A stretch of DNA of 64,000 bases from an uncultured Bacteroidales bacterium (GCA_964619555.1 CAZUDV010000002.1:141659-205658); one strand, 5' to 3'; positions 9,503 through 19,773 are shown, numbered from the stretch's first letter. Notes: generated by a model not told the origin, from the sequence alone. Numbers and translations: made by a program.

Positions 9503-9520
9503 AAAAAATTTTTCAACCGA

Positions 9521-9551
9521 CCGGGTATATTTTCGTTTTTTTCCGATAAAC
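9521..9551 (+). promoter_or_regulatory. Copy B of the recurrent two-box upstream motif
   Basis: CCGGGTATATTTTCGTTTTTTTCCGATAAAC, at the start of the 310-nt non-coding stretch ahead of the Cys-rich protein gene. Confidence 0.35.
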
Positions 9552-9812
9552 AGGTATACGAAGCTGTTTGCCGGATATTTTCTCAGGGCCGGCCCCCCAC
9601 GAGTCAGGATAAATCACACTTTCCTCTTACAGGCAATCGGCATTAATAATAATCAACAGGCCTGAAATTTAGCACTGAGTCAGAATGTCTCTTAAAATGA
9701 GGCACTCTGATGCGTCACTGTGTCCAGGACCAGTCACGCAATGCCCTACAGAGGGGCGAAGGACCCGGAGGCCGAAAAGGGTAAACAGAGTAGGCGCCAT
9801 CGGTTAAAAAAA

Positions 9813-10328
9813 ATGCCTATGAACAGATTAATGGTAACCCTTTTGATCCTTGTATCTTTTATGATAGAGGGAATTGCACAGGAAAAGCTGAAGATCGGGG
9901 ATGTGGTCAACGGCAAGCTTAAAATCACCAATGAAACCGGACTGAAATCATTTTTCAACAAAAACCTGGAGAAATCCGGAAGCCTTGGCAATGAGATCAA
10001 AACAGACTTTTCCCCGACTGCCGACAGGATTTTTGTTTACATGAAAGTCACAGGGAACAAAGCTGGTATAAGCTCAATAGGGGTCATGCTGGTGAATGTC
10101 AGGAATGAAGCCTACATAGTGGCCGGCGAAAAGGACAGTGGCGGTGGCACCGGTATAGGCGGCAGCGCTACGGTGACCTGCATCGGAAATCCATGCGCGT
10201 CATGTACACCCACCATTCAATGGGTGTCTGGAGGCTGGTTACCGATCATCGTGTGCCATTGCAACGACCCGGAGGGACTGTGCAATATGGAAGTCACGTT
10301 TACAGTCAATATCAATGTTGGTTTTTGA
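9813..10328 (+). CDS. Secreted hypothetical protein with Gly-rich linker and Cys-rich C-terminal module
   Basis: ORF 9720-10328. ATG at 9813 gives the signal peptide MPMNRLMVTLLILVSFMIEGIAQ. The C-terminus TCIGNPCASCTPTIQWVSGGWLPIIVCHCNDPEGLC has 7 Cys in about 40 aa. I recognise no family. Confidence 0.5.
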   Translation: MPMNRLMVTLLILVSFMIEGIAQEKLKIGDVVNGKLKITNETGLKSFFNKNLEKSGSLGNEIKTDFSPTADRIFVYMKVTGNKAGISSIGVMLVNVRNEAYIVAGEKDSGGGTGIGGSATVTCIGNPCASCTPTIQWVSGGWLPIIVCHCNDPEGLCNMEVTFTVNINVGF

Positions 10329-10344
10329 TTCATTTCAGGAATAC

Positions 10345-10397
10345 CCGGGAACATAACCAGATTAGCGTTTCGCTTTGCCGGTTGGTTCCCGGTTTTT
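10345..10397 (+). terminator. Intrinsic terminator candidate after the Cys-rich protein gene
   Basis: CCGGGAAC (10345-10352) pairs with GTTCCCGG (10385-10392), followed by TTTTT. The inner region can extend the stem (AACC/GGTT). Confidence 0.5.
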
Positions 10398-10422
10398 AAT
10401 TAACAACTAAAATTTCCGCCGG

Positions 10423-11568
10423 ATGAAAAAGTATATTCTCATTATTTCCATGTTTTCACAATCACTGTTTTCACAGGATGTCATCCAGGAACCTGCCCGC
10501 GACATTTTTCTGGATTATGTGGTCCGGATGTCCCCGTCCATGATGCTTGAATACGAAGCGGAGAACCGCCAGAAAGCTTTGTTTGAAACCGATACTGTTC
10601 TTTCCAGGGCAAGGGTGGTTTTCAGGAAACACAAGGATTCTATCGATTTTATCCACATTCTCGGTTTGGACAGGCAAGACGAGTTTCTTTTTCTGAATGA
10701 TACGGGTTGGTATTTTATCCCTGGTAAAATGGAATGGCAGATGACCGGAGTGCGACTGGACAGTATCAGAGGAGGCGGGTTAATGAGTTTTTTACCGGTC
10801 AACATGTTCACCATCAGGTATTCCGGCCATATTCCCCAACCATTCTGGCATGTTACCGGAAAGGAAGAAAACTTCAGTGTGGTAAAAATGGAGATAAAGG
10901 ATAGACCCGCGGAACTAACCAGGCTCGACGTTATTCTGAAAATCGGCAACGACGACCACCTGCTCTATCAGATGATCATGGACAGCTATTTTGAAGCGTA
11001 CCATGATAATATTTACCGGGAACTGATTCTGAGCAACTATCGATTTCATGCTCCTGATTCCAACCTGATTCCGGAATCTTTCCGCGTCCATCCTAAAGTT
11101 TTCAGATCAAACGCTGCGCAGTTACCTTCAACCGACCTGTCTGCCAGCGATGAAAAATACCTGGATAATCTGCACCTGGTCGATCTTTCAGGGAATGAGT
11201 TTCCACTGCCTGACAAGGGGTTAATTTTCATGGACTTATGGTACGCAGGTTGTTTTCCCTGCCTGAAGTCCTCGCCTGTCGTCGAAAGCATGTGGGAAAA
11301 ATACCATGAGAAAGTGCTTTTTCTTTCGATCAATGAGGTGGATACCGATACGGCCAAGATCATCCGCTTCATGCACTCTTTAAAACTGTCTTTCCCGGTG
11401 TTGCTGAACAGGTATGAAAGAATTTCCATTCAAACCACGGGCCATGGCAGTTATCCCGTCTTTATACTGCTCGACGCGGAATCCCGTAAAATATTGTGGT
11501 ATTTGAACGGATATAACGAGAATATGGATAATGAAATAGACGCAGCAATTTCACTGCATATAAAATAG
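10423..11568 (+). CDS. TlpA/ResA-like thiol:disulfide oxidoreductase with an N-terminal domain of unknown function
   Basis: Signal peptide. The C-terminal thioredoxin fold carries the CxxC motif in FMDLWYAGCFPCLKSSP and a typical ...SFPVLLN... block. Confidence 0.7.
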   Translation: MKKYILIISMFSQSLFSQDVIQEPARDIFLDYVVRMSPSMMLEYEAENRQKALFETDTVLSRARVVFRKHKDSIDFIHILGLDRQDEFLFLNDTGWYFIPGKMEWQMTGVRLDSIRGGGLMSFLPVNMFTIRYSGHIPQPFWHVTGKEENFSVVKMEIKDRPAELTRLDVILKIGNDDHLLYQMIMDSYFEAYHDNIYRELILSNYRFHAPDSNLIPESFRVHPKVFRSNAAQLPSTDLSASDEKYLDNLHLVDLSGNEFPLPDKGLIFMDLWYAGCFPCLKSSPVVESMWEKYHEKVLFLSINEVDTDTAKIIRFMHSLKLSFPVLLNRYERISIQTTGHGSYPVFILLDAESRKILWYLNGYNENMDNEIDAAISLHIK

Positions 11569-11623
11569 GAGCAATACAGCCGATCAATGTTCAGTCAATA
11601 CGATTCCTTTTATCCTGCCAATC

Positions 11624-12733
11624 ATGTTCAGATTGATCTTCACCATTTCCCTGATCTTACCGGCTTTGACCCTTTTAAGCCAGGCCGATCCGGATATTGG
11701 CCGGAGGTTAGAAGATTTGCAACTGAGGATCAAACAGCTGGAAAAGGAAAACAAGTGGCTCAGTACCAGTAAAAGGATGGCTGACAGTATCGAATACTGC
11801 AACATCCGAATGGAAATTTTCGAAGCTTATACCAATAAGTCACAACTTGAATTCGATTTTAAAAACACAACGGATAAAATATCCATAACCGGCCTGTTTT
11901 CCCGCTTGATGCAGGCGAACAATCCTGCCAGCGACATTCTTGGATTTCGGTTCACGGACATCATTCTTTCATCCGTGGAAGAGCATTTTTCAGGTCAGCT
12001 GAATAATGAAAAAGACAAAAAACGGTTGTCCCAGGTAGTGTCCAAAATAATCAGCAATCCGTTGGTCACGACCCTTGCCAGCTCCAATCCGATTACCTCG
12101 GTCGTTGCGACAGTTATCAGCACCATAGTGGGATTTACCACTACATCGGTTGAAATGGAAAAGGAGGGCGGGAGGATCAAGGACCTGGCCGTTACTCAGG
12201 ACGATTCTTTTAACAACAGCAGTATCAGCGCATTTAAAAATGACATGCAGGTCTATATCAACTTTTTTGACAGGCTGCTCCTAGCCACCCAATCCTACCA
12301 GGCAGGCATGGAGAACCTGGAAGTGAAATATGCCTGGCTGATAGGATCGGTCAGGAACTTCCAGGAAGATCTCGAAGCACACCTTTGCACGACGAAGGAC
12401 CAGGAATGGATCAGTCTGACCAGAATACTACCCGAGCCGGGAGTTCCCGGCACGGATTTCAGTTTACTCCTAAATGAGCCCGGATTAAGGGAAACATTGC
12501 GGATATGCAGGAAATTTCCGGCCCTGCAGTACGCTGTCAGCGATTTTAAGAATGAATACAATTTTCTGCTTTCCAAATTTCTGATGGATTACAGGGATAT
12601 TCTCAGGACGGCCGGATCATTTCCCGATGGCGCAATAGATGGCAGCAAAACGGATGATCTGATCCTCTCCATTGAGAATTTTCTTGAAGACCTGAAGGAA
12701 CAGGGTGGTGTACCGGATATTTTCCTACCCTGA
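11624..12733 (+). CDS. Hypothetical secreted/membrane-associated protein
   Basis: Signal peptide MFRLIFTISLILPALTLLSQA, a coiled-coil-like LEDLQLRIKQLEKENKWL and a central hydrophobic stretch NPLVTTLASSNPITSVVATVISTIVGFTT. No recognisable family. Confidence 0.45.
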   Translation: MFRLIFTISLILPALTLLSQADPDIGRRLEDLQLRIKQLEKENKWLSTSKRMADSIEYCNIRMEIFEAYTNKSQLEFDFKNTTDKISITGLFSRLMQANNPASDILGFRFTDIILSSVEEHFSGQLNNEKDKKRLSQVVSKIISNPLVTTLASSNPITSVVATVISTIVGFTTTSVEMEKEGGRIKDLAVTQDDSFNNSSISAFKNDMQVYINFFDRLLLATQSYQAGMENLEVKYAWLIGSVRNFQEDLEAHLCTTKDQEWISLTRILPEPGVPGTDFSLLLNEPGLRETLRICRKFPALQYAVSDFKNEYNFLLSKFLMDYRDILRTAGSFPDGAIDGSKTDDLILSIENFLEDLKEQGGVPDIFLP

Positions 12734-12777
12734 GTTGGACGGATTTCCTATTTTTATCGTGTAATTCATCCGTGTTA

Positions 12778-13911
12778 ATGATCCGAATAGTTGCCGACGA
12801 ACACATTCCGTTCCTGAAAGGGGTCCTGGAACCATTTGCATCGGTGCAGTACCTCCGGGGAGACAGAATTTCCTTCTCTGACCTCAAACAGGCAGATGGA
12901 TTGATCATCCGCACACGGACAAAATGTGACGCAACCCTGTTACATGGAACTTCCGTGAGGTTTATCGCTACAGCGACGATCGGGTTCGACCATATCGATA
13001 CGGCCTATTGTCAATCCAACGGTATTTCATGGCACCATGCCCCGGGCTGCAATGCCGGTTCGGTCAGGCAATATGTAGCTTCCGCCCTGGCTGCCTGGGC
13101 AATTAAGCGGAACATATCACTTTCAGGTAAAACCATCGGCATCGTGGGAGTCGGCAATGTGGGCAGGAAAATATTCCGGTTAGCCGGATGCCTGGGGATG
13201 AATCCTTTGTTGAACGATCCGCCAAGGGAGCGGACAGAAGGAACAGCAGGATTCACCAGTATCGAAGAGATCATGGCGGAAGCGGATATCATCACATTCC
13301 ATGTTCCATTGAACCATACAGGCCCATTTCCAACCAAATACCTGATAAATGATTCCTTCCTGCATAAACTGAACCGGAAACCACTGCTGATCAACACTTC
13401 AAGAGGGGAAGTATCGGACGGGGATGCCATTATCAATGCACTGAAAAAGGAAAAGATAACCGGTTATATAACCGATGTCTGGGAAGATGAACCCCGTCCG
13501 GATCCTGATCTGATCAGATGGAGCGAAATTGCCACTCCCCATATAGCCGGCTATTCCGTGGAAGGTAAGGCAAATGGAACGGCCGCCTGTGTCAGGGCTT
13601 TCCAGCATCATTTCCACCTGGGTCCACTTGAATGGTACCCCTCGGATCTGCCTCTTCCTGACCATCCGGTGATTTACACCGGCAGGGAGGAAATAAGTGA
13701 CGAAAAAGCCATCCTGGAAGCCATTATCCATTCCTATGATATAACAACCGACGACTGTGTATTGCGCGATGATCCATCTAAATTTGAGTTTTATCGCAAT
13801 CATTACCCGGCCAGGCGGGAGTTCGAAGCCTTTTCGGTATGTATCCCCGGGGATCGCCACGGATTAGCGGACAAATTGAAAGAACTGGGATTCAGGGTGG
13901 TTTTACAATGA
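12778..13911 (+). CDS. pdxB: 4-phosphoerythronate dehydrogenase
   Basis: MIRIVADEHIPF N-terminus like PdxB. NAD fold GIVGVGNVGRK, catalytic NTSRGEV and TPHIAGYS, plus a C-terminal extension. The ORF opens with GTG at 12772; the ATG at 12778 is the preferred start. Confidence 0.85.
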   Translation: MIRIVADEHIPFLKGVLEPFASVQYLRGDRISFSDLKQADGLIIRTRTKCDATLLHGTSVRFIATATIGFDHIDTAYCQSNGISWHHAPGCNAGSVRQYVASALAAWAIKRNISLSGKTIGIVGVGNVGRKIFRLAGCLGMNPLLNDPPRERTEGTAGFTSIEEIMAEADIITFHVPLNHTGPFPTKYLINDSFLHKLNRKPLLINTSRGEVSDGDAIINALKKEKITGYITDVWEDEPRPDPDLIRWSEIATPHIAGYSVEGKANGTAACVRAFQHHFHLGPLEWYPSDLPLPDHPVIYTGREEISDEKAILEAIIHSYDITTDDCVLRDDPSKFEFYRNHYPARREFEAFSVCIPGDRHGLADKLKELGFRVVLQ

Positions 13912-14022
13912 TCATACGTAACGACTTTTTTTCAAAACTTTTCAACCCCCGCCCTACCCTGATTCATTTCTCTTCTATATTTATCTCAGTTAATCATATT
14001 TCAATAAATAGAAGTCATTTCT

Positions 14023-16065
14023 ATGAGCAAGTCTATCGTTGATCGGGCTGCGGATAACATCCGTATTCTATCGGCCGCCATGGTTGAAAAAGCGAATTCG
14101 GGCCATCCGGGAGGAGCAATGGGAGGAGCCGATTTCATCCAAATCTTATTCAGTGAGTTCCTGTGCTTTGATCCGGATGATCCGAACTGGCCCATGAGGG
14201 ACCGTTTTTTTCTCGATCCCGGCCATATGTCGCCTATGCTTTACTCCATCTTGCACCTGTTGGGATATTTCTCGGTTGAAGATCTGAAAAACTTCCGGCA
14301 ATGGAAGAGTCTGACACCCGGACACCCGGAACTGGATCTGAATCACGGTATTGAAAACACTTCGGGGCCCCTGGGCCAGGGTCACGCGATGGCCATAGGT
14401 TGTGCCATTGCAGAAAGGTTCCTGGCTGCGAGATTTGGCGAATGGATGGCCCATAAAACCTTTGCATATCTTTCCGACGGCAGTATACAGGAAGAGATTT
14501 CCCAGGGAGCCGGCCGGATCGCCGGGCACCTGGGTTTGCACAACCTCATCTTGTTCTTCGATTCGAATGACATCCAGCTGTCGACCGAAGTGGATATGGT
14601 CACCAGTGAAGACACGGCCAAAAAATACGAATCGTGGAACTGGCACGTGCAAACGATCAATGGCCAGGATGCCGGTCAGATACGGCAGGCACTTAAAAAT
14701 GCCATCGCTGAAAAAAGCCGCCCTTCCATAATTATTGGAAAAACTATCATGGGTTTTGGATCGGTTGCCGAAGATGGACAAAACATGGAAGGTAAGACCT
14801 CGACACACGGGCAACCCCTGTCCAAAGCAGGTGTTTCATTTGCTCGTACCATCCAAAACCTGGGGGGAGATCCCGGTGAACCTTTCGGAGTGTTTCCGGA
14901 TGTAGCTGAGTACTACGGTTTGGTCAGGAACAATAAAAAAGCCGAAGCCGGTGCAAAGAAGAAGTTACAGGCAGAGTGGGAAAAAAGTAATCCGCAACTG
15001 GCCGGTAAACTGAATGAGTACCTCGGCGGCCACTCCCCTGCCGTGGATTACTCCGGGATCATGATAAAGCCAAACAGCCCAACCCGTAATACATCGGGCG
15101 ATGTGCTCGCCCATTTTTCCCGTCATGTCGGGAATATGATCGTGATGTCGGCCGATCTTTCGAATTCCGATAAGACCGAAGGCTTCCTGAAAGGGTCGAA
15201 ACCGCTTAAAAAGGATGATTTCACCGGAGGTTTCCTGCATGCGGGGGTGTCGGAGCTGACCATGGCGGCAATAGCCAACGGAATTGTGCTGCATGGCGGA
15301 GTATTTGCGGTTTGCGGAACCTTCTTCGTCTTTTCCGATTACATGAAACCAGCCATCAGGCTGGCATCTCTGATGCGCCTTCCAGTGAAATACGTTTTCA
15401 CGCATGATACATTCCGGGTTGGTGAAGACGGGCCAACGCATCAGCCCGTGGAACAGGAAATGCAACTCCGGTTACTGGAACATCTCAAAAATCATAAGGG
15501 GAAGAACAGCATGCTGGTGCTCAGGCCGGCCGATGCCGCTGAGACCGTGGTATCGTGGCAGCTAGCCATGGAAAATTCCGAAAGCCCGACCGCGCTGATC
15601 CTTTCCCGCCAGAATATCCAGGATCTGCCGGCCCCGGACGATGTCCCCCGTTTTGCCGAAGCCGGGAAGATCAGGAAAGGGGCCTATATCGTCAAAGATA
15701 CGGAAGGTGAACCGGATATTATCCTGGTTGCCAATGGATCTGAAGTTTCCACTCTAATCCAGGCTATGACTTTGCTAGAAAAGCAAAATAACCTGAAAGT
15801 ACGCATCATTTCAGCTCCGTCGGAAGGATTGCTTAACCAGCAGGATCTTTCATACCGGAAGCTATTGTTGCCGGATGGTATCCCCGTGTTTGCCCTGACT
15901 GCCGGCCTGCCGGTCACGATGGCCGGATTGGCCGGTTGCCATGGAAAAGTGTTCGGCCTGGACCATTTCGGGAATTCGGCTCCATTCCAGGTACTGGACG
16001 AGCAGTTTGGATTCACCGCAGAGAATGTGAAACAGGAGATTCTTTCATTTTTACATTCCCGTTAA
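14023..16065 (+). CDS. tkt: Transketolase
   Basis: 680 aa. SGHPGGAMGGADF, the ThDP-binding region GDG-like YLSDGSIQEE and GEDGPTHQPVEQ are all canonical Tkt blocks. Confidence 0.95.
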   Translation: MSKSIVDRAADNIRILSAAMVEKANSGHPGGAMGGADFIQILFSEFLCFDPDDPNWPMRDRFFLDPGHMSPMLYSILHLLGYFSVEDLKNFRQWKSLTPGHPELDLNHGIENTSGPLGQGHAMAIGCAIAERFLAARFGEWMAHKTFAYLSDGSIQEEISQGAGRIAGHLGLHNLILFFDSNDIQLSTEVDMVTSEDTAKKYESWNWHVQTINGQDAGQIRQALKNAIAEKSRPSIIIGKTIMGFGSVAEDGQNMEGKTSTHGQPLSKAGVSFARTIQNLGGDPGEPFGVFPDVAEYYGLVRNNKKAEAGAKKKLQAEWEKSNPQLAGKLNEYLGGHSPAVDYSGIMIKPNSPTRNTSGDVLAHFSRHVGNMIVMSADLSNSDKTEGFLKGSKPLKKDDFTGGFLHAGVSELTMAAIANGIVLHGGVFAVCGTFFVFSDYMKPAIRLASLMRLPVKYVFTHDTFRVGEDGPTHQPVEQEMQLRLLEHLKNHKGKNSMLVLRPADAAETVVSWQLAMENSESPTALILSRQNIQDLPAPDDVPRFAEAGKIRKGAYIVKDTEGEPDIILVANGSEVSTLIQAMTLLEKQNNLKVRIISAPSEGLLNQQDLSYRKLLLPDGIPVFALTAGLPVTMAGLAGCHGKVFGLDHFGNSAPFQVLDEQFGFTAENVKQEILSFLHSR

Positions 16066-16074
16066 GAATAAGGA

Positions 16075-16920
16075 TCATTTGATCGATAAGATCTTAATGT
16101 TCCTGGAAAAGGTTTTTTCGCCATCATCCGCTTCAAACCGAAGCAGGTACACACCCTTTGAATATGGAAAATCAGATAGTTTTAATAGTTTAAAACCCTT
16201 TGAATAATATCCAGCTACAATTGGTTCAAGCATTTCACCTGAAATACCGCTGAGCGAAATTTCAACCCTGCTGTCTGATTCAAGGTAAAATTCTAACCAG
16301 AGAAAGTCCTTGATCGGGTTTGGATAAATTTTAAGATAACTGCTGGTCAGGGTATCTTCCGGTATGGGATAATAGATCTCCGGGACCTGGAGGATCACAT
16401 TTTCGATGACCTGGGCAGAATCGTCCGCAAATTCATTGACACCGCCTAATTCCAGTTTGAGCGTTTCCTCCAGGCCGGTCAGATCGAGGGCTTTTGCGTG
16501 AATAGTCAGTAGCACCTCATTATCTTCTATTATCAAAGGATTTAGTGACGACCAGGCGATAATTAACATGCTGTCTTCGATGTTAAGTGAATATCCCTGG
16601 ATCCCGGAGGCCAGGTCGATCCCTTTTATTTCCATGTAGTCATCGGGAAATAATAAACTGAGGGATATGGCAGAAACCGTGTATCCTTCAGTCATAATCA
16701 CCGGAAGATCAAAGTCGGTTTGTGGCTGTATCCTGACTGTATCCCTGTAGATTAGAATGACGTTGGTATCAATTGACACAGACCCACCGGAACGCGCAGG
16801 TGGGTGGGAACCGGTCCATCCCAATGCAATTAACGTCATCACCAGTTGAGAGAAAATGGTTATCATGATGACCACCATGTTGATTGGCAGCATATGCCGG
16901 TAATTGGAAACCACCCTCAT
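16075..16920 (-). CDS. T9SS C-terminal-sorting-domain protein with a possibly cohesin-like central domain
   Basis: C-terminus KIYPNPIKDFLWLEFYL...GVYLLRFEADDGEKTFSRNIKILSIK is a Por/T9SS CTD. The start is trimmed to ATG 16920 (MRVVSNYRHM...) because the longer ORF overlaps the upstream methyltransferase gene. Confidence 0.6.
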   Translation of the reverse strand: MRVVSNYRHMLPINMVVIMITIFSQLVMTLIALGWTGSHPPARSGGSVSIDTNVILIYRDTVRIQPQTDFDLPVIMTEGYTVSAISLSLLFPDDYMEIKGIDLASGIQGYSLNIEDSMLIIAWSSLNPLIIEDNEVLLTIHAKALDLTGLEETLKLELGGVNEFADDSAQVIENVILQVPEIYYPIPEDTLTSSYLKIYPNPIKDFLWLEFYLESDSRVEISLSGISGEMLEPIVAGYYSKGFKLLKLSDFPYSKGVYLLRFEADDGEKTFSRNIKILSIK

Positions 16921-16936
16921 TCCTTTGAAAATAGAA

Positions 16937-17755
16937 TTATATTGAATCGAGGCCGTCGTGATAATCCAGCCTGATATTAAAAAATCCCGTTGGCCGCTGA
17001 AGAATTTCCCTTGAGACACCTCCGACAGGCTCCGGAAAATAAACCGCACAGATTGTATGTGCGATATGCCGGATGTTCCCATGAAATTTTTCAGGGGCTC
17101 CGTCCAAAATTCCCGCCATCACTTCATACCTGACCCTTTCCTGGTTTTTGGCATAATCATGCCAAACAACAATGGTCCGGTCGTGAACGAGGTTTTCAAA
17201 TACTTTTCCCGTGTCGTTCTTAACCATTTCGTAATGATGGTCCCCATCGATGAAGATCAGGTCGAATTTCCGTTTCAGGGATTTAAAATCAAACGATTTC
17301 GTATTGCCTTCAATATGACGGACATTAGGCAACCCCCTGGAAAACATGCCATGTTGTTCGATATAACCGGGATCCCATCCCAACCTGGCCATTTCCTCTT
17401 GGGAAAGGTTAAAAGTAAAACAGTCTTTTGCCACCTGTGACACATTCGCAACGCTTTCCCCTCTCCAGGTCCCGATTTCGAAATAACTGCAATCAGGGAG
17501 CGACCGGGCCAGTCTCTTTAGCAAGGCAAGATCGGTGGGCTTAGATCCGCCGTCCAGGTAAGCAAAAGGTGATACGGTTTCGGAGAAATCCCCGAATATT
17601 AATTCCGGCCGGACCACCGGGAACCCACCTGTCATGGCATATTTATCCCTTACATAGTCTCTCCATACCTTATCTTCTTCAAGTACCTTGTTCAATAACC
17701 AGGGATTCCGGACGACGGCCCTGAGCGCTTTGATTGTTTTGGAAAACCTTGACAT
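16937..17755 (-). CDS. Class I SAM-dependent methyltransferase-like protein
   Basis: [10 protein letters not shown] (motif I-like), [14 protein letters not shown] and IVVWHDY blocks are typical of the Methyltransf_24/O-MTase-like fold. Confidence 0.6.
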   Translation of the reverse strand: MSRFSKTIKALRAVVRNPWLLNKVLEEDKVWRDYVRDKYAMTGGFPVVRPELIFGDFSETVSPFAYLDGGSKPTDLALLKRLARSLPDCSYFEIGTWRGESVANVSQVAKDCFTFNLSQEEMARLGWDPGYIEQHGMFSRGLPNVRHIEGNTKSFDFKSLKRKFDLIFIDGDHHYEMVKNDTGKVFENLVHDRTIVVWHDYAKNQERVRYEVMAGILDGAPEKFHGNIRHIAHTICAVYFPEPVGGVSREILQRPTGFFNIRLDYHDGLDSI

Positions 17756-17863
17756 ATCGGAATGTGAAATGTAAAGGTAATAAAGAATCGTTCAGATGGT
17801 TTTTCAACAGCAAATTCTTGATAAATTTTCCATTTTGCCCGTCAAACAATGATTTCCTGAGAT

Positions 17864-17871
17864 TATCTTTG
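17864..17871 (+). promoter_or_regulatory. -7 promoter box for parE
   Basis: TATCTTTG matches the Bacteroidota TAnnTTTG consensus. The parE ATG is at 17893. Confidence 0.5.
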
Positions 17872-17892
17872 CCCCGGATTGGAATCCATGGT

Positions 17893-19770
17893 ATGACGGC
17901 AGAAAAATATACAGAAGACAGCATTAAATCCCTTGACTGGCGTGAACACATCCGGTTAAGGCCCGGAATGTACATCGGAAAACTGGGGGACGGCGCTTCC
18001 CAGGATGACGGAATTTACGTTCTGATCAAGGAAATCATAGACAATGCCATCGATGAACATGTCATGGGACATGGCAGCCGGATCGAAGTCTTCATCAAGG
18101 ATAAAACCGTCACTATCCGGGACTATGGAAGGGGAATGCCGCTGGGAAAGGTGATCGATTGCGTTTCGAAAATCAATACCGGAGCCAAATATGACTCCAA
18201 GGTCTTTAAAAAAGCGGTAGGACTGAATGGCGTCGGTTCCAAAGCCGTCAATGCGCTGTCTTCATTCTTCAGGGCTCAATCGGTCAGGGAAGGCAAGACC
18301 AAGATCGTGGAATTCCAGCGGGGCGACATTATAACGGACCATGAAATTTCAGCATCCGATCTGCCGGGTGGTACCGAGATTACCTTTGTACCGGATGAAA
18401 CCATTTTCGGACATTATCATTTCATCCCCGAATATGTCGAAAAACTGCTTTGGAACTATGCCTTCCTGAATAACGGACTCACGCTTGCCTTTAACGGCAA
18501 TAAATTTCAGGCGAAGAACGGATTGTTAGACCTGCTGAACCAGTACCTGAATGGTAACGGTGGGGCACTGTACCCTATCGTCCATATCAAGGAGGATGAT
18601 TTCGAATGTGCATTCACCCACAGTTCCAAGCAATACGGCGAAGAGTATTACTCGTTCGTGAACGGGCAGTACACACCCCAGGGAGGTACGCATCTCCAGG
18701 CATTCAGGGAAGCGATCGTGAAAACCATCCGGGAGTTTTACAACAAAGATTACGATACGAATGATATCCGGACTTCCATCATGGCTGCCATCAGCCTGAA
18801 GGTCCAGGAACCGGTTTTCGAATCCCAGACTAAGACCAAACTCGGGTCCGCCCAGATGGAACCCAACGGTCAGTCGATCCGAAATTACGTGACAGATCTT
18901 GTCAAAAAGCACCTTGACAATTACCTGCACATGAATCCCGATACGGCTGAAGCTCTCCAGATTAAAATCCTTCAGTCAGAAAAAGAACGAAAGGATATGG
19001 CCGACATCAAAAAACTGGCCAGAGAAAGCGTTAAAAAAGCGAGCCTGCACAATAAAAAACTGAGGGACTGCAAGGTACATTATAATACCAACCACGAAGA
19101 CCGGTTGGAGAGCACCATTTTTATCACGGAAGGTGACAGCGCCAGCGGATCCATCACAAAAGCCCGAAATGTAAACACACAGGCTGTTTTCAGCCTGAAA
19201 GGCAAACCCCTGAACGTATTCGGCCTGACGAAAAAGATCGTCTACCAGAACGAGGAGTTCAACCTGCTGCAGTCAGCGCTGAACGTGGATGACAGCCTGG
19301 AAAACCTGCGGTATAACCATGTGGTCATAGCCACCGATGCTGATGTCGACGGCATGCACATACGTCTTCTGCTTATGACATTCTTCCTGCAGTTTTACCC
19401 CGATCTGGTCAAGGCAGGGCACCTGTATATCCTTCAGACGCCGCTGTTCAGGGTCAGGAATAAAAAGGAAACAATCTATTGTTACTCGGCGGAAGAAAAA
19501 AAGGCAGCGCTGAACAAACTGGGCCAGAATGCCGAAATCACCCGGTTTAAAGGCCTTGGCGAAATATCGCCGGATGAATTCGGACATTTCATCGGCAGTT
19601 CCATGCGGCTTGAACCGGTTCTCCTGGAACGGGAAGCTTCCATCAAACACCTGCTGGAATATTATATGGGCAAAAACACACCTGACCGTCAAAACTTTAT
19701 CATCCGCAATTTAAGGGTCGAAGAGGATTTCGTGGAAGAAGTCCTGGATCCACAGTATAGTATCGATTAA
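17893..19770 (+). CDS. parE: DNA topoisomerase IV subunit B
   Basis: Type IIA ATPase/Toprim blocks [34 protein letters not shown] and [11 protein letters not shown]. About 625 aa from ATG 17893. A separate, longer GyrB lies at 47449-49410, so this copy is the ParE paralog. Confidence 0.8.
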   Translation: MTAEKYTEDSIKSLDWREHIRLRPGMYIGKLGDGASQDDGIYVLIKEIIDNAIDEHVMGHGSRIEVFIKDKTVTIRDYGRGMPLGKVIDCVSKINTGAKYDSKVFKKAVGLNGVGSKAVNALSSFFRAQSVREGKTKIVEFQRGDIITDHEISASDLPGGTEITFVPDETIFGHYHFIPEYVEKLLWNYAFLNNGLTLAFNGNKFQAKNGLLDLLNQYLNGNGGALYPIVHIKEDDFECAFTHSSKQYGEEYYSFVNGQYTPQGGTHLQAFREAIVKTIREFYNKDYDTNDIRTSIMAAISLKVQEPVFESQTKTKLGSAQMEPNGQSIRNYVTDLVKKHLDNYLHMNPDTAEALQIKILQSEKERKDMADIKKLARESVKKASLHNKKLRDCKVHYNTNHEDRLESTIFITEGDSASGSITKARNVNTQAVFSLKGKPLNVFGLTKKIVYQNEEFNLLQSALNVDDSLENLRYNHVVIATDADVDGMHIRLLLMTFFLQFYPDLVKAGHLYILQTPLFRVRNKKETIYCYSAEEKKAALNKLGQNAEITRFKGLGEISPDEFGHFIGSSMRLEPVLLEREASIKHLLEYYMGKNTPDRQNFIIRNLRVEEDFVEEVLDPQYSID

Positions 19771-19773
19771 ACT

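Noticed and set aside
10341-10360. A minus-strand CCCGGGTATTCCTG resembling box 1 of the recurrent motif.
   Set aside because: It coincides with the 5' arm of the terminator hairpin after the Cys-rich gene (CCGGGAAC/GTTCCCGG), lacks box 2, and points into a gene end. It is most likely coincidental.
14146-14814. 222-aa antisense ORF inside tkt, plus similar ones at 14382-14660, 14965-15465 and 15684-16016.
   Set aside because: It lies entirely within the strongly supported transketolase gene on the opposite strand. It has no recognisable motifs and a composition typical of shadow ORFs.
17734-17892. N-terminal extensions in the ORF track: parE from 17734, the T9SS protein up to 17082, the Cys-rich protein from 9720, the GH3 fusion from 24846 and the tRNA MTase from 60789.
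   Set aside because: The extensions overlap neighbouring genes or promoters, or precede the signal peptide or conserved N-terminus. Internal ATGs give canonical N-termini, so the starts were trimmed.
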